Below are positions 22,138 to 32,000 of a stretch of 32,000 nucleotides of DNA, one piece after another. A model generated the notes under the pieces. The model was not told the origin of the DNA and made no database searches. It was given only the letters and a program-made list of their open reading frames with translations. The stretch lies in assembly GCA_016008875.1 (NCBI GenBank), contig JADTQG010000014.1; one strand, given 5' to 3'. Made by a program: the position numbers and the translations under genes. The stretch's first letter is position 1. The number at the start of each line of letters is the position of its first letter. This DNA is from Ectopseudomonas mendocina (lineage in GTDB: Bacteria; Pseudomonadota; Gammaproteobacteria; Pseudomonadales; Pseudomonadaceae).

Positions 22138-23412
22138 ATGGCCGATCTATCCATCGATTTCGCCGGAATCAAGGCACCCAACCCCTTCTGGCTGGCCAGC
22201 GCGCCGCCCACCGACAAGGCCTACAACGTCGTCCGTGCTTTCGAGGCCGGCTGGGGCGGTGTGGTCTGGAAAACCCTTGGCGAAGACCCTGCGGCAGTCA
22301 ACGTGTCATCGCGCTACTCCGCGCACTTCGGCCCCAACCGCCAGGTGCAGGGCATCAACAATATCGAGCTGATCACCGACCGTTCGCTGGAAATCAACCT
22401 GCGCGAAATCACCCAGGTGAAAAAGGACTGGCCGGATCGCGCGCTGATCGTTTCGCTGATGGTGCCCTGCGTCGAAGAATCCTGGAAAGCCATCCTGCCG
22501 TTGGTGGAAGCCACCGGCTGCGACGGCATCGAGCTGAACTTCGGCTGCCCGCACGGCATGCCCGAGCGCGGCATGGGCGCGGCCGTCGGCCAGGTGCCGG
22601 AATACGTGGAGATGGTCACGCGCTGGTGCAAGACCTATTGCTCACTGCCGGTGATCGTCAAACTGACGCCGAACATCACCGACATCCGCACCTCCGCACG
22701 CGCGGCCCATCGCGGTGGCGCCGACGCTGTGTCGCTGATCAACACCATCAACTCCATCACCAGCGTCGATCTCGAGCGCATGGTCGCCCATCCCATAGTC
22801 GGCACGCAGAGCACCCACGGCGGCTACTGCGGCTCGGCAGTCAAACCCATTGCGCTGAACATGGTTGCCGAGATCGCCCGCGACCCCGAGACCCGCGGCC
22901 TGCCGATTTGCGGTATCGGCGGCATCGGCAGCTGGCGCGACGCGGCGGAATTCGTGGCGCTGGGCTGCGGCGCCGTGCAGGTATGCACGGCGGCCATGCT
23001 GCATGGTTTTCGCATCGTCGAGGAAATGAAAGACGGCCTCTCGCGCTGGATGGACAGCCAGGGCCATGCAAGCCTTGCGGACTTCTCCGGGCGCGCGGTA
23101 GGCAACACCACCGACTGGAAGTACCTGGACATCAACTATCAGGTCATCGCCCGAATCGACCAGGACGCCTGCATTGGCTGCGGCCGCTGTCACATCGCCT
23201 GCGAAGACACCTCGCACCAGGCCATCGCCAGCCTGGCCCAGGCCGACGGCACGCATAAGTACGAAGTGATCGACGCAGAATGTGTGGGCTGCAATCTGTG
23301 CCAGATCACCTGCCCGGTGACGGATTGTATCGAGATGGTGCCGCAGGATAGCGGCAAGCCCTTCCTTGACTGGAACCACGACCCGCGCAATCCCTATCGC
23401 GCGGCCTCGTGA
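22138..23412 (+). CDS. preA: NAD-dependent dihydropyrimidine dehydrogenase subunit PreA
   Basis: DHOD-like domain (NPFWLASAPPTDKAYNVVRAFEAGWGGVVWKT, NFGCPHGMPERGMGAAVGQ) plus two 4Fe-4S motifs (CIGCGRCHIACEDTSH, CVGCNLCQITCPVTDCI). Starts at the base after the preT stop. Confidence 0.97.
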   Translation: MADLSIDFAGIKAPNPFWLASAPPTDKAYNVVRAFEAGWGGVVWKTLGEDPAAVNVSSRYSAHFGPNRQVQGINNIELITDRSLEINLREITQVKKDWPDRALIVSLMVPCVEESWKAILPLVEATGCDGIELNFGCPHGMPERGMGAAVGQVPEYVEMVTRWCKTYCSLPVIVKLTPNITDIRTSARAAHRGGADAVSLINTINSITSVDLERMVAHPIVGTQSTHGGYCGSAVKPIALNMVAEIARDPETRGLPICGIGGIGSWRDAAEFVALGCGAVQVCTAAMLHGFRIVEEMKDGLSRWMDSQGHASLADFSGRAVGNTTDWKYLDINYQVIARIDQDACIGCGRCHIACEDTSHQAIASLAQADGTHKYEVIDAECVGCNLCQITCPVTDCIEMVPQDSGKPFLDWNHDPRNPYRAAS

Positions 23413-23419
23413 CCGGCAA

Positions 23420-23469
23420 GTGCGCCGTGCCCAGGAAGCCTTTGCGCGGCTTCGCTGGGCACGACGCAC
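23420..23469. terminator. Long imperfect hairpin in the convergent preA/TetR gap, candidate bidirectional terminator or REP-like element
   Basis: GTGCG-c-CGTGCCCAG-GAAGCC / tttgcgc / GGCTTC-g-CTGGGCACG-a-CGCAC, 20 pairs with one mismatch and one bulge; no strong T tract. Confidence 0.6.
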
Positions 23470-23481
23470 CCCGCCAAGCGG

Positions 23482-24102
23482 TTACGGCTCCAGGCCTATA
23501 CCGCGCAAGATCACGCTGGTCACGGTCTGCACCGCTCGTTCGAATTGCGTATCGGATAGCAACCGGTGCTCGTTGAGTACCGTCACCTGATGGCTGAAGT
23601 CGGCGTAATGCTGGGTCGAGGCCCAGATCATATAGAGTAGCGCCGAGGGCTCGACAGCCACGATGCGCCCCGTCTCGACCCACTGACGGATCTTCGCCTC
23701 CTTCATCTTCGCCCAGTCGTAAAGGCCCTCGTCGAGGGTGACGCCGAGCACCGGCGCGCCGTGGATAATCTCGTTGGCCCAGACCTTTGAGCCATACGGC
23801 CGGCTGCGCGAGTGGTTCATCTTGGCGCGAATGTAGCTGCTCAGAACCACGCGCGGATCATCGAACACCTCGAAACACTGGGCGTCCTGTTTCCAGACTT
23901 CGAGCAGGTCGAGCAGCACGGCACGGTACAGCTCGTCCTTGGTGCTGAAATAGTAGTGCAGGTTCGAGCGCGGCAATTCAGCCAGCTCGGCGATATCGGC
24001 CATGGCGGTACCGCCATAACCTTTCTCGGCGAAGACCTTTTCGGCGGCCAGGAGGATCTTCTTGACGTTGCGGCGGCGAATTTCGATTTTGTGGTTGGCC
24101 AT
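23482..24102 (-). CDS. TetR family regulator, RutR-like (candidate regulator of the pyrimidine cluster)
   Basis: TetR HTH: RRNVKKILLAAEKVFAEKGYGGTAMADIAELAELPRSNLHYYFSTKDELYRAVL. Start corrected from 24180 to ATG at 24102. Confidence 0.85.
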   Translation of the reverse strand: MANHKIEIRRRNVKKILLAAEKVFAEKGYGGTAMADIAELAELPRSNLHYYFSTKDELYRAVLLDLLEVWKQDAQCFEVFDDPRVVLSSYIRAKMNHSRSRPYGSKVWANEIIHGAPVLGVTLDEGLYDWAKMKEAKIRQWVETGRIVAVEPSALLYMIWASTQHYADFSHQVTVLNEHRLLSDTQFERAVQTVTSVILRGIGLEP

Positions 24103-24169
24103 GGCCGATCCGTTGCGACTAGACCTGCCAAGGCTACCACCTGCGATGGCAACGGAGCGACGGAAAGCC

Positions 24170-24198
24170 TTGGGCTGCACGCCGCACGCAGCTATAAT
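24170..24198 (+). promoter_or_regulatory. Sigma70-type promoter for ahcY
   Basis: TTGGGC (24170-24175), 17-bp spacer, TATAAT (24193-24198). Confidence 0.65.
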
Positions 24199-24245
24199 CC
24201 GCCAGTTTCAAACGACCGGCACAGCTCCGGTCGCTCCCGCCACCC

Positions 24246-25741
<1,496 letters not shown>

Positions 25742-25745
25742 CAGC

Positions 25746-25811
25746 AGCCACAAGCTGCAAAGCTGCAAGCTGCAAGCAGGCGCCGAACCGCTCTGTTTGC
25801 AGCTTGTGGCT
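25746..25811. repeat. Inverted repeat built of AGCTGCAAG-type heptamer/nonamer units
   Basis: AGCCACAAGCTGCAAA (25746-25761) / TTTGCAGCTTGTGGCT (25796-25811), perfect 16-bp arms, with internal GCTGCAAGCTGCAAGC iterations. Confidence 0.8.
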
Positions 25812-25843
25812 TGTAGCTTGCCGCTGAGAAGAGAACCTTCTCC

Positions 25844-26689
25844 ATGACTCAAGAACGCCGCTACAGCTTCGAGTTCTTCCCCACCAAGACCGAAGCCGGG
25901 CATGAAAAACTGATGGACGTGGCGCGTCAGCTGGCGACCTACAAGCCCGACTTTTTCTCCTGCACCTATGGCGCAGGCGGTTCGACCCGCGACCGTACAC
26001 TCAACACCGTGCTGCAACTCGATGGCGAAGTGAAGGTGCCCACCGCACCGCACCTGTCCTGCGTCGGCGACAGCAAGGCCGAGCTGCGTGAGCTGCTCAA
26101 CCTGTACAAGAATGCCGGCATCAGGCGCATCGTCGCGCTGCGCGGCGACCTGCCGTCCGGTATGGGCATGGCCAGCGGCGAGCTGCGCTACGCCAACGAG
26201 CTGGTCGAGTTCATCCGCAACGAAACCGGCGATCACTTCCACATCGAAGTGGCCGCCTACCCGGAGATGCACCCGCAGGCGCGCAACTTCGAGAGCGACA
26301 TCGCCAACTTCGTGCGCAAGGCCAAGGCCGGAGCCGACAGCGCCATCACCCAGTACTTCTTCAACGCCGACAGCTACTTCTACTTCGTCGAGCGCGTGCG
26401 CAAGCTGGGCGTGGATATCCCGGTGGTGCCGGGCATCATGCCGATCACCAACTACAGCAAGCTGGCACGTTTCTCCGACGCCTGCGGCGCGGAAATCCCG
26501 CGCTGGGTGCGCAAGCAGCTGGAAGCCTATGGCGACGACAGCGACAGCATTCGCGCCTTCGGCGAGCAGGTGATCACCGAGATGTGCGAACGCCTGCTGC
26601 AGGGTGGTGCACCAGGCCTGCACTTCTACAGCATGAACCTGGCCGGCCCCAGCCTGGCCATCTGGAACAACCTCGACCTCAAACGTTGA
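25844..26689 (+). CDS. metF: Methylenetetrahydrofolate reductase [NAD(P)H]
   Basis: RRYSFEFFPTKTEAG..., FFSCTYGAGGSTRDRT, DHFHIEVAAYPEMHPQA, ITQYFFNADSYFYFVERV. Confidence 0.98.
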   Translation: MTQERRYSFEFFPTKTEAGHEKLMDVARQLATYKPDFFSCTYGAGGSTRDRTLNTVLQLDGEVKVPTAPHLSCVGDSKAELRELLNLYKNAGIRRIVALRGDLPSGMGMASGELRYANELVEFIRNETGDHFHIEVAAYPEMHPQARNFESDIANFVRKAKAGADSAITQYFFNADSYFYFVERVRKLGVDIPVVPGIMPITNYSKLARFSDACGAEIPRWVRKQLEAYGDDSDSIRAFGEQVITEMCERLLQGGAPGLHFYSMNLAGPSLAIWNNLDLKR

Positions 26690-26695
26690 CGGGCA

Positions 26696-26716
26696 GGGAG
26701 CCGCACAGCGGCTCCC
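26696..26716 (+). other. Hairpin downstream of metF
   Basis: GGGAGCCGC-ACA-GCGGCTCCC, perfect 9-bp stem, no T tract. Confidence 0.6.
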
Positions 26717-26735
26717 GCGCTCAAGGATGAGCCCT

Positions 26736-28898
26736 ATGACAATCAAGCACCTCTTCTCCCTCGCCTTGCTCGCTGGCCTGCACGCGCCCGCTGCACTGGC
26801 CAGTTCCGACATGACCTGCACACCGAGCTGGAAGCTGATTTCCGACGAGCTCTCGGCGTGCAACAACCTGGTCTTTCTCAGCCCCGGCAACGACAGCCGC
26901 GTCAACCTGCAACTGCTGCTCGACGACGCCGGCCACCTGAAGCTGACGCGCGAACCGCTGGCACTTGAAGGTTACGAATACGGCTACGGCCTGGTGCCCT
27001 TCAGCCTCGGCATGCTCGACCCGAGCCGCGCTCGCAGCGAAGCGGCCGAGGCAGACGAGCAAAGCGTCGCCCCGGACGTGGCATACCTGACCCAGGCCCT
27101 GCAACGCCTGGGTATCGACAGCGACGCGGATGCATTCGCCGTGCACCGTTTCGCCGAAGGCGAGGGCAGTCGCTGCCGCAGCAATGACCTGCTGGCCATG
27201 CGCGGCTTCGTCGATGCTCTCAGTGCCACGCCAGCGCTGGCCGCGAGCGAAGCGCAGGCGCTGGCCCGTTCGCGGCGCAGCCTGCTGAGCCTGTGCGGCG
27301 AAGGCGATCCGCAAACGCAGGACGTCTTGCCGCAGGCGGCGCAACTGCAGTCGCCCGCTGCCCAGGCCTTCGGCGACTACCTGCGCGGCGCCGACTCTTT
27401 CTATCGCGGCGACTTCGGCCAGGCGCGCGAGCGCTTCACCGAACTCGCCGGCAGCGAGCAGCCCTGGCTGCGCGAAACCGCCCAGTACCTGCTCGGCCGC
27501 GTGGCGCTGAACCAGGCGCAGTTGAACGCCTTCGACGAGTACGGTTTCTTCAGCCCGGAGCAGGTCGATAAGAGCAGCCTCGACGCCAGCGCGAAGGCCT
27601 TCGAGCAGTACCTGGAGAACTACCCGCAGGGGCTCTACAGCGACTCGGCGCGCGGCCTGCAACGTCGCGTGTACTGGCTTGCCGGTGATACCCGGCGTTT
27701 TGCCGAGGCCTTTGCCCGGCAATTCGAGCGAGGCGCGCAGCAGGTCGACATGCCTGCATTGATCGAGGAACTGGACGGCAAGCTGCTGCCCAGCCTCGCC
27801 CCGGATGCCATCGACGACCCGCTGCTGCTGGCCATGGTCGACCTGATCCAGCTGCGCGATCCCGGCAGCAACAGCGAGCCGCGCCTCAGCCTGGAGCAAC
27901 TGCAGGCGCAGCAACCGCGCTTCGCCAGCCAGCCCGGCCTGCACGCCTATCTGATCGCCGCCTGGCATTTCTACCGCGGCGGCGATGCAGAACGGACCCT
28001 CGCCGCGCTGCCGGATACCGGTGCCGGGCCGCTGAATGCCCTCGCCTTCAGCCAGGAAACCCTGCGCGGCCTGGCGCTGGAGGCCAGGGGTGAGACGAGC
28101 GCGGCACAGCGGCACTGGCAGGCGCTGCTGGCACGCAGCGAAGACCCGCTGCAGCAGGCCCAGCTGCAACTGGCCCTGGCCTTGAGCTACGAGCGTATTG
28201 GCGAGCTGGACAAGGTGTTCGCCGCCGACTCGCGGATCACCACCGCGCCGATCCGCGAGCGCCTGCTGGCCCATAGCGCCGGCCCCGAGCTGCTGCGCCA
28301 GCAGGCCGGTGACAAGCAGATACCTGCGGGCGAGCGGGCAACCGCCTTGTACACCCTGCTCTATCGCGACCTGGATTACGGCCGCTACGCCGACTTTCTC
28401 GGCGATTACGCGCAGTTTCCCTACACTTCGACGCAGCCCCCGCAGCGCCTCGATTCGAGTCTGTTCGCCTGGAACGGCGGCAACGACGCCGGCTATGCCT
28501 GCCCGAGCCTGGTCAAGATCGCCGAGCGCCTTGCAGCCGATGCGCAGGATGCCCAAGGCATGCTGTGCCTGGGCGACTTCATCCGCGTCCATGGCCTCGA
28601 CGATCACTGGCTGAACCGGCCGCCGGCCGCCGGCGAGCTGGGTAGCGTACCGAGCCAGTTCCAGGGCGCGTCCTTTTCGCGCCTGGCCGGCTACCAGATG
28701 CTGCTGGCTGCGCCGCAGGTCAGTCGCGAGGACAAGGCCTACGCCCTGTTCCGCGCGATCAACTGCTATGCCCCCAGCGGCTACAACAACTGCGACCGCC
28801 AGGACATCGCCAAGGACCAGCGCAAGCAGTGGTTCCAGACCCTCAAACGCAGCTACGCGGACACCCAGTGGGCGCAGCGACTCAAGTACTACTGGTAG
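26736..28898 (+). CDS. Secreted/envelope protein of unknown function, helical repeat-rich
   Basis: Signal peptide MTIKHLFSLALLAGLHAPAALA, then ~700 aa rich in TPR-like segments (e.g. AFGDYLRGADSFYRGDFGQARERFTELAGSEQPWLRETAQYLLGRVALNQAQ). RBS AAGGA is spaced for ATG 26736. Confidence 0.8.
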   Translation: MTIKHLFSLALLAGLHAPAALASSDMTCTPSWKLISDELSACNNLVFLSPGNDSRVNLQLLLDDAGHLKLTREPLALEGYEYGYGLVPFSLGMLDPSRARSEAAEADEQSVAPDVAYLTQALQRLGIDSDADAFAVHRFAEGEGSRCRSNDLLAMRGFVDALSATPALAASEAQALARSRRSLLSLCGEGDPQTQDVLPQAAQLQSPAAQAFGDYLRGADSFYRGDFGQARERFTELAGSEQPWLRETAQYLLGRVALNQAQLNAFDEYGFFSPEQVDKSSLDASAKAFEQYLENYPQGLYSDSARGLQRRVYWLAGDTRRFAEAFARQFERGAQQVDMPALIEELDGKLLPSLAPDAIDDPLLLAMVDLIQLRDPGSNSEPRLSLEQLQAQQPRFASQPGLHAYLIAAWHFYRGGDAERTLAALPDTGAGPLNALAFSQETLRGLALEARGETSAAQRHWQALLARSEDPLQQAQLQLALALSYERIGELDKVFAADSRITTAPIRERLLAHSAGPELLRQQAGDKQIPAGERATALYTLLYRDLDYGRYADFLGDYAQFPYTSTQPPQRLDSSLFAWNGGNDAGYACPSLVKIAERLAADAQDAQGMLCLGDFIRVHGLDDHWLNRPPAAGELGSVPSQFQGASFSRLAGYQMLLAAPQVSREDKAYALFRAINCYAPSGYNNCDRQDIAKDQRKQWFQTLKRSYADTQWAQRLKYYW

Positions 28899-29632
28899 GC
28901 CTGCTCCTGCTGGCGGTGGGCCTGCCGGCGCAGGCCGCGCGCGTCGACGCCGCCGATTATCAGGCGTTCTGGCTGTGGGCCGGCGTCACGCCACAACCGG
29001 TACTGGCCCAGGCCGACACCCTGTACGTGCTGCAGGGGCAGATCGACGGCCCGCGCCGCGCCGGCGATCCACCCGCGCGCATGCAGGCACAGAACCCGGC
29101 CACGCCCAGGCTGTCGAAGAACGTCGAGCTCTGGGTGGTGTATCGCGCGCATACCCTGGACTGGGACGAGGAGGTGTTCGCCCTGCTGCTGAGTCAGTTG
29201 CAGCGCTGGCAACGCGCCGGCAACCGGGTCACCGGGGTACAGATCGACTTCGACGCGCAGACCCTGCGCCTGGATCGCTATGCCGCCTTCCTCGAAGACC
29301 TGCGCCAGCGCCTGCCGCAGCAGTACCGCCTGAGCATCACCGGCCTGCTCGACTGGGCCGGCAACGCCGACCCGGCGGCGCTCAACCGTCTCGCCGGGGT
29401 GGTCGATGAAGTGGTGATGCAGACCTACCAGGGCCGCCACAGCATCCCCGGTTACTCGCGTTACCTGCCGAGCATCGCGCGACTGCAACTGCCGTTTCGC
29501 ATCGGCCTGATACAAAACGGCGAATGGCAGGCGCCGGATTACTTGCAAAGCAGTCCCTGGTTCCGCGGCTATGTGGTATTTCTGCTGAACCCGAGCGAAG
29601 CCGCAATCACTACGCCAGCCAACACACCCTGA
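28829..29632 (+). CDS. DUF3142-like, putative TIM-barrel (glycoside hydrolase-like) envelope protein
   Basis: FWLWAGVTPQPVLAQADTLYVLQGQI..., ELWVVYRAHTLDWDEEVF, GVQIDFDAQTLRLDRYAAFLEDLRQRLP, VVDEVVMQTYQGR. Overlaps the upstream CDS; exact start uncertain. Confidence 0.75.
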   Translation: MVPDPQTQLRGHPVGAATQVLLVGLLLLAVGLPAQAARVDAADYQAFWLWAGVTPQPVLAQADTLYVLQGQIDGPRRAGDPPARMQAQNPATPRLSKNVELWVVYRAHTLDWDEEVFALLLSQLQRWQRAGNRVTGVQIDFDAQTLRLDRYAAFLEDLRQRLPQQYRLSITGLLDWAGNADPAALNRLAGVVDEVVMQTYQGRHSIPGYSRYLPSIARLQLPFRIGLIQNGEWQAPDYLQSSPWFRGYVVFLLNPSEAAITTPANTP

Positions 29633-29728
29633 GCGCCAGCCACCGACGACCGCAACATTCGCTGCGACAACCTATTCGAACGCCTCCGCGCCGACCTCGG
29701 TGCGAGCCTGCCACCAGGATCACATTTC

Positions 29729-31102
29729 ATGCTCAAACGCTCCACGATCAACGCCTCCGTCAGCCCCAAGGGCAGCCTGGAAACCCTCTCCCAGCGCGAA
29801 GTGCAGCAACTGCGCGAAACCGGCTCGGGCAGCGTCTACCGCCTGTTCCGCCAATGCGCCCTGGCAATCCTCAATACCGGCTCGCACAGCGACAACGCCA
29901 AGACCATTCTCGAGGCCTACCCGGACTTCGAAGTGAAGATCCACCAGCAGGACCGCGGCATCCGCCTGGAACTGATCAACGCGCCGGCCGATGCCTTCGT
30001 CGATGGCGAGATGATTGCCAGCACCCGCGAGATGCTGTTCAGCGCCCTGCGCGACATCGTCTACACGCAGAGCGAGCTGGAAAATAAGCGCATCGACCTG
30101 GACAGCTCCGAAGGCATCACCGACTACGTCTTCCATCTGCTGCGCAACGCCCAGACCCTGCGCAGCGGCGTCGAGCCAAAAATAGTGGTGTGCTGGGGCG
30201 GCCACTCGATCAGCACCGAGGAGTACAAGTACACCAAGAAGGTCGGCCACGAGCTGGGCCTGCGCGGCCTGGACATCTGCACCGGCTGCGGGCCGGGCGT
30301 GATGAAGGGGCCGATGAAGGGCGCCACCATCAGCCACGCCAAGCAGCGCAACCTCACCGGCCGCTACCTGGGTCTGACCGAACCGGGCATTATCGCCGCC
30401 GAAGCGCCGAACCCGATCGTCAACGAACTGGTGATCCTGCCGGACATCGAGAAGCGCCTGGAAGCCTTCGTTCGCGTCGGCCACGGCATCATCATCTTCC
30501 CGGGCGGCGCCGGCACGGCCGAAGAATTCCTCTACCTGCTCGGCATCCTCACCCACCCGGACAACCAGGACCTGCCCTTCCCGGTCATTCTCACCGGGCC
30601 GAAGAGCGCCGGCCCCTATCTGCAGCAACTGCATGACTTCATTGGCGCCACCCTGGGCGAGGCGGCGCAGCAGCGCTACAGCATGATCGTCAACGACCCG
30701 GGCGAAGTGGCCCGCGAAATGGCCGTCGGCATCAAGGCCGTGCGCCAGTTCCGCCGCGAGCGCAACGACGCCTTCCACTTCAACTGGCTGCTGAAGATCG
30801 ACGAAAGCTTCCAGCACCCGTTCGAACCGACCCATGAGGCCATGGCCAGCCTCAACCTGACCCGCGAGCAGCCACTGCATCACCTGGCCGCCAACCTGCG
30901 CCGCGCCTTCTCCGGCATCGTCGCCGGCAACGTCAAGGAGAACGGCATCCGCCTGATCGAGGAACACGGCCCCTACGTCATCCGTGGCGAAACCACCATC
31001 ATGCGCCCGCTGGATCGCCTGCTACAGGCCTTCGTCGAACAGCACCGCATGAAGCTGCCGGGCGGCAGTGCCTACGAGCCCTGCTACCGGGTGGTGGACT
31101 AA
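29729..31102 (+). CDS. ppnN: Nucleotide 5'-monophosphate nucleosidase PpnN (YgdH, LOG family)
   Basis: VVCWGGHSISTEEYKYTKKVGHELGLRGLDICTGCGPGVMKGPMKGATISHAKQR..., IIFPGGAGTAEEFLYLLGIL. Confidence 0.95.
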   Translation: MLKRSTINASVSPKGSLETLSQREVQQLRETGSGSVYRLFRQCALAILNTGSHSDNAKTILEAYPDFEVKIHQQDRGIRLELINAPADAFVDGEMIASTREMLFSALRDIVYTQSELENKRIDLDSSEGITDYVFHLLRNAQTLRSGVEPKIVVCWGGHSISTEEYKYTKKVGHELGLRGLDICTGCGPGVMKGPMKGATISHAKQRNLTGRYLGLTEPGIIAAEAPNPIVNELVILPDIEKRLEAFVRVGHGIIIFPGGAGTAEEFLYLLGILTHPDNQDLPFPVILTGPKSAGPYLQQLHDFIGATLGEAAQQRYSMIVNDPGEVAREMAVGIKAVRQFRRERNDAFHFNWLLKIDESFQHPFEPTHEAMASLNLTREQPLHHLAANLRRAFSGIVAGNVKENGIRLIEEHGPYVIRGETTIMRPLDRLLQAFVEQHRMKLPGGSAYEPCYRVVD

Positions 31103-31150
31103 AGTATGGATGGGCTTCCGGGGCGCGGCCAAAGCCGCTAACCTGGCTAA

Positions 31151-31930
31151 ATGCCATCAATTCAGCGCCAACTCATCGCTTTTCTGCTGCTAGGTTGCAT
31201 CGCGTTCGCCGCTCGCGGCGAAACGCTGCGCCTGGTTACGGAGGCGTGGGCGCCGTATGTCTATGAAGAAAATGGCCAGGCGGCCGGCCTCGACTACGAG
31301 ATCACCCGTGAAGTGCTGCACCGCCTGGGCATGGAGCTGGACTTGCAGTTCCTGCCCTGGAAGCGCTGCTTGCTGGCCCTTGAACAGGGTATGGCAGACG
31401 GCATTCTGGACATTTTCCATCTGCCCGAACGTGAAGCGAGCATGCGCTTCGTCGAAGAGCCGCTGAGCGACGTCGAATTCGTGCTGTTTCACGCGCGCAA
31501 TCGCCCCTATCCCTATGAACGCCTGGAAGACCTGCGTGATCTGGTGATCGGCATCTCGCCCGGGTATTGGTACGCCAATGAAAGCTTCCGTACGTCGCCC
31601 CTGTTCAGCCGCGAGGAGGCGCCGACCCACGAAGCCAATCTGGGCAAACTGATTCGCCACCGGGTCGATCTGGTGGTCAGCGATCGCCGCGCCGGTCTCT
31701 ACCTGGGCGCACAACTGGACCTGCTCGAGCAGATCGATTACAACCGCAAGGCCGTCGGCCATGATCGTCTGTACCTGGCCTTGCGCAAGGATCCGGCCTT
31801 CGAACGTCTGGCCGTCGACTTCGCCCGTGAGCTGCGCCGCTTCAAGCGCGAGCCTGCCTACGCCGAGTTACAGCGGCGCTACGCCACACCCCGAACGCAT
31901 CAGGTCGTGAACCAACCGACAGGCTGGTAG
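31151..31930 (+). CDS. Periplasmic solute-binding (SBP_bac_3-like) protein
   Basis: Signal peptide MPSIQRQLIAFLLLGCIAFAARG, then ETLRLVTEAWAPYVYEENGQAAGLDYEITREVLHRLGMELDLQFLPWKRCLLALEQGMADGILDIFHLPERE. Confidence 0.85.
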   Translation: MPSIQRQLIAFLLLGCIAFAARGETLRLVTEAWAPYVYEENGQAAGLDYEITREVLHRLGMELDLQFLPWKRCLLALEQGMADGILDIFHLPEREASMRFVEEPLSDVEFVLFHARNRPYPYERLEDLRDLVIGISPGYWYANESFRTSPLFSREEAPTHEANLGKLIRHRVDLVVSDRRAGLYLGAQLDLLEQIDYNRKAVGHDRLYLALRKDPAFERLAVDFARELRRFKREPAYAELQRRYATPRTHQVVNQPTGW

Positions 31931-32000
31931 CTGCACAGCCCTCCGGCTCTGTTATACTCGGGACTTCCCGCCAGGCTTGCGCCCGGATGCTAGCTCCCAG

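Noticed and set aside
26721-28607. 628-aa minus-strand ORF
   Set aside because: Antisense to the better supported 26736-28898 CDS, which has a signal peptide and RBS.
29720-30967. 415-aa minus-strand ORF
   Set aside because: Antisense to ppnN; shadow ORF.
31953-31958. TATACT -10-like element near the window end
   Set aside because: No convincing -35 hexamer at proper spacing, and the downstream gene lies outside the window.

Overview
This is a Pseudomonas-like chromosomal window (assignment inferred from gene content and protein sequence). Most of it is conserved central metabolism. The left part has a YgjP-like M48 hydrolase, a PQQ-type sugar dehydrogenase, a PL7 alginate lyase and an fba / MliC lipoprotein / small lipoprotein / pgk / epd / tkt block on the minus strand. 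The middle has an ArsR-methyltransferase fusion regulator (SahR-like) abutting metK, then ligB, a DUF1090 protein, a cytochrome c'-like lipoprotein and a truncated chemoreceptor 3' end. Next comes a reductive pyrimidine/hydantoin catabolism cluster (M20 carbamoylase, NCS1 transporter, dihydropyrimidinase, preT, preA, TetR). The right part has ahcY behind a clear SAH riboswitch, metF, a secreted protein of unknown function followed by an overlapping DUF3142 protein, ppnN and a periplasmic binding-like protein. I found no CRISPR array, tRNA, rRNA or clearly novel defence/mobile system. The most interesting signals are non-coding. They are: (i) a perfect 13-bp inverted repeat just before the SahR-like gene, paired with an SAH riboswitch 14.5 kb away (two SAH-sensing modes in one window); (ii) an alternating A-B-A-B-A composite palindromic repeat array between metK and a terminator-like hairpin; (iii) four inverted repeats within about 180 bp of the divergent transporter/dihydropyrimidinase promoter region; (iv) a truncated chemoreceptor fused to an unidentified ~190 bp segment; (v) an uncharacterised secreted protein/DUF3142 gene pair. 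Gene names rest on recalled family motifs. No database search was run.
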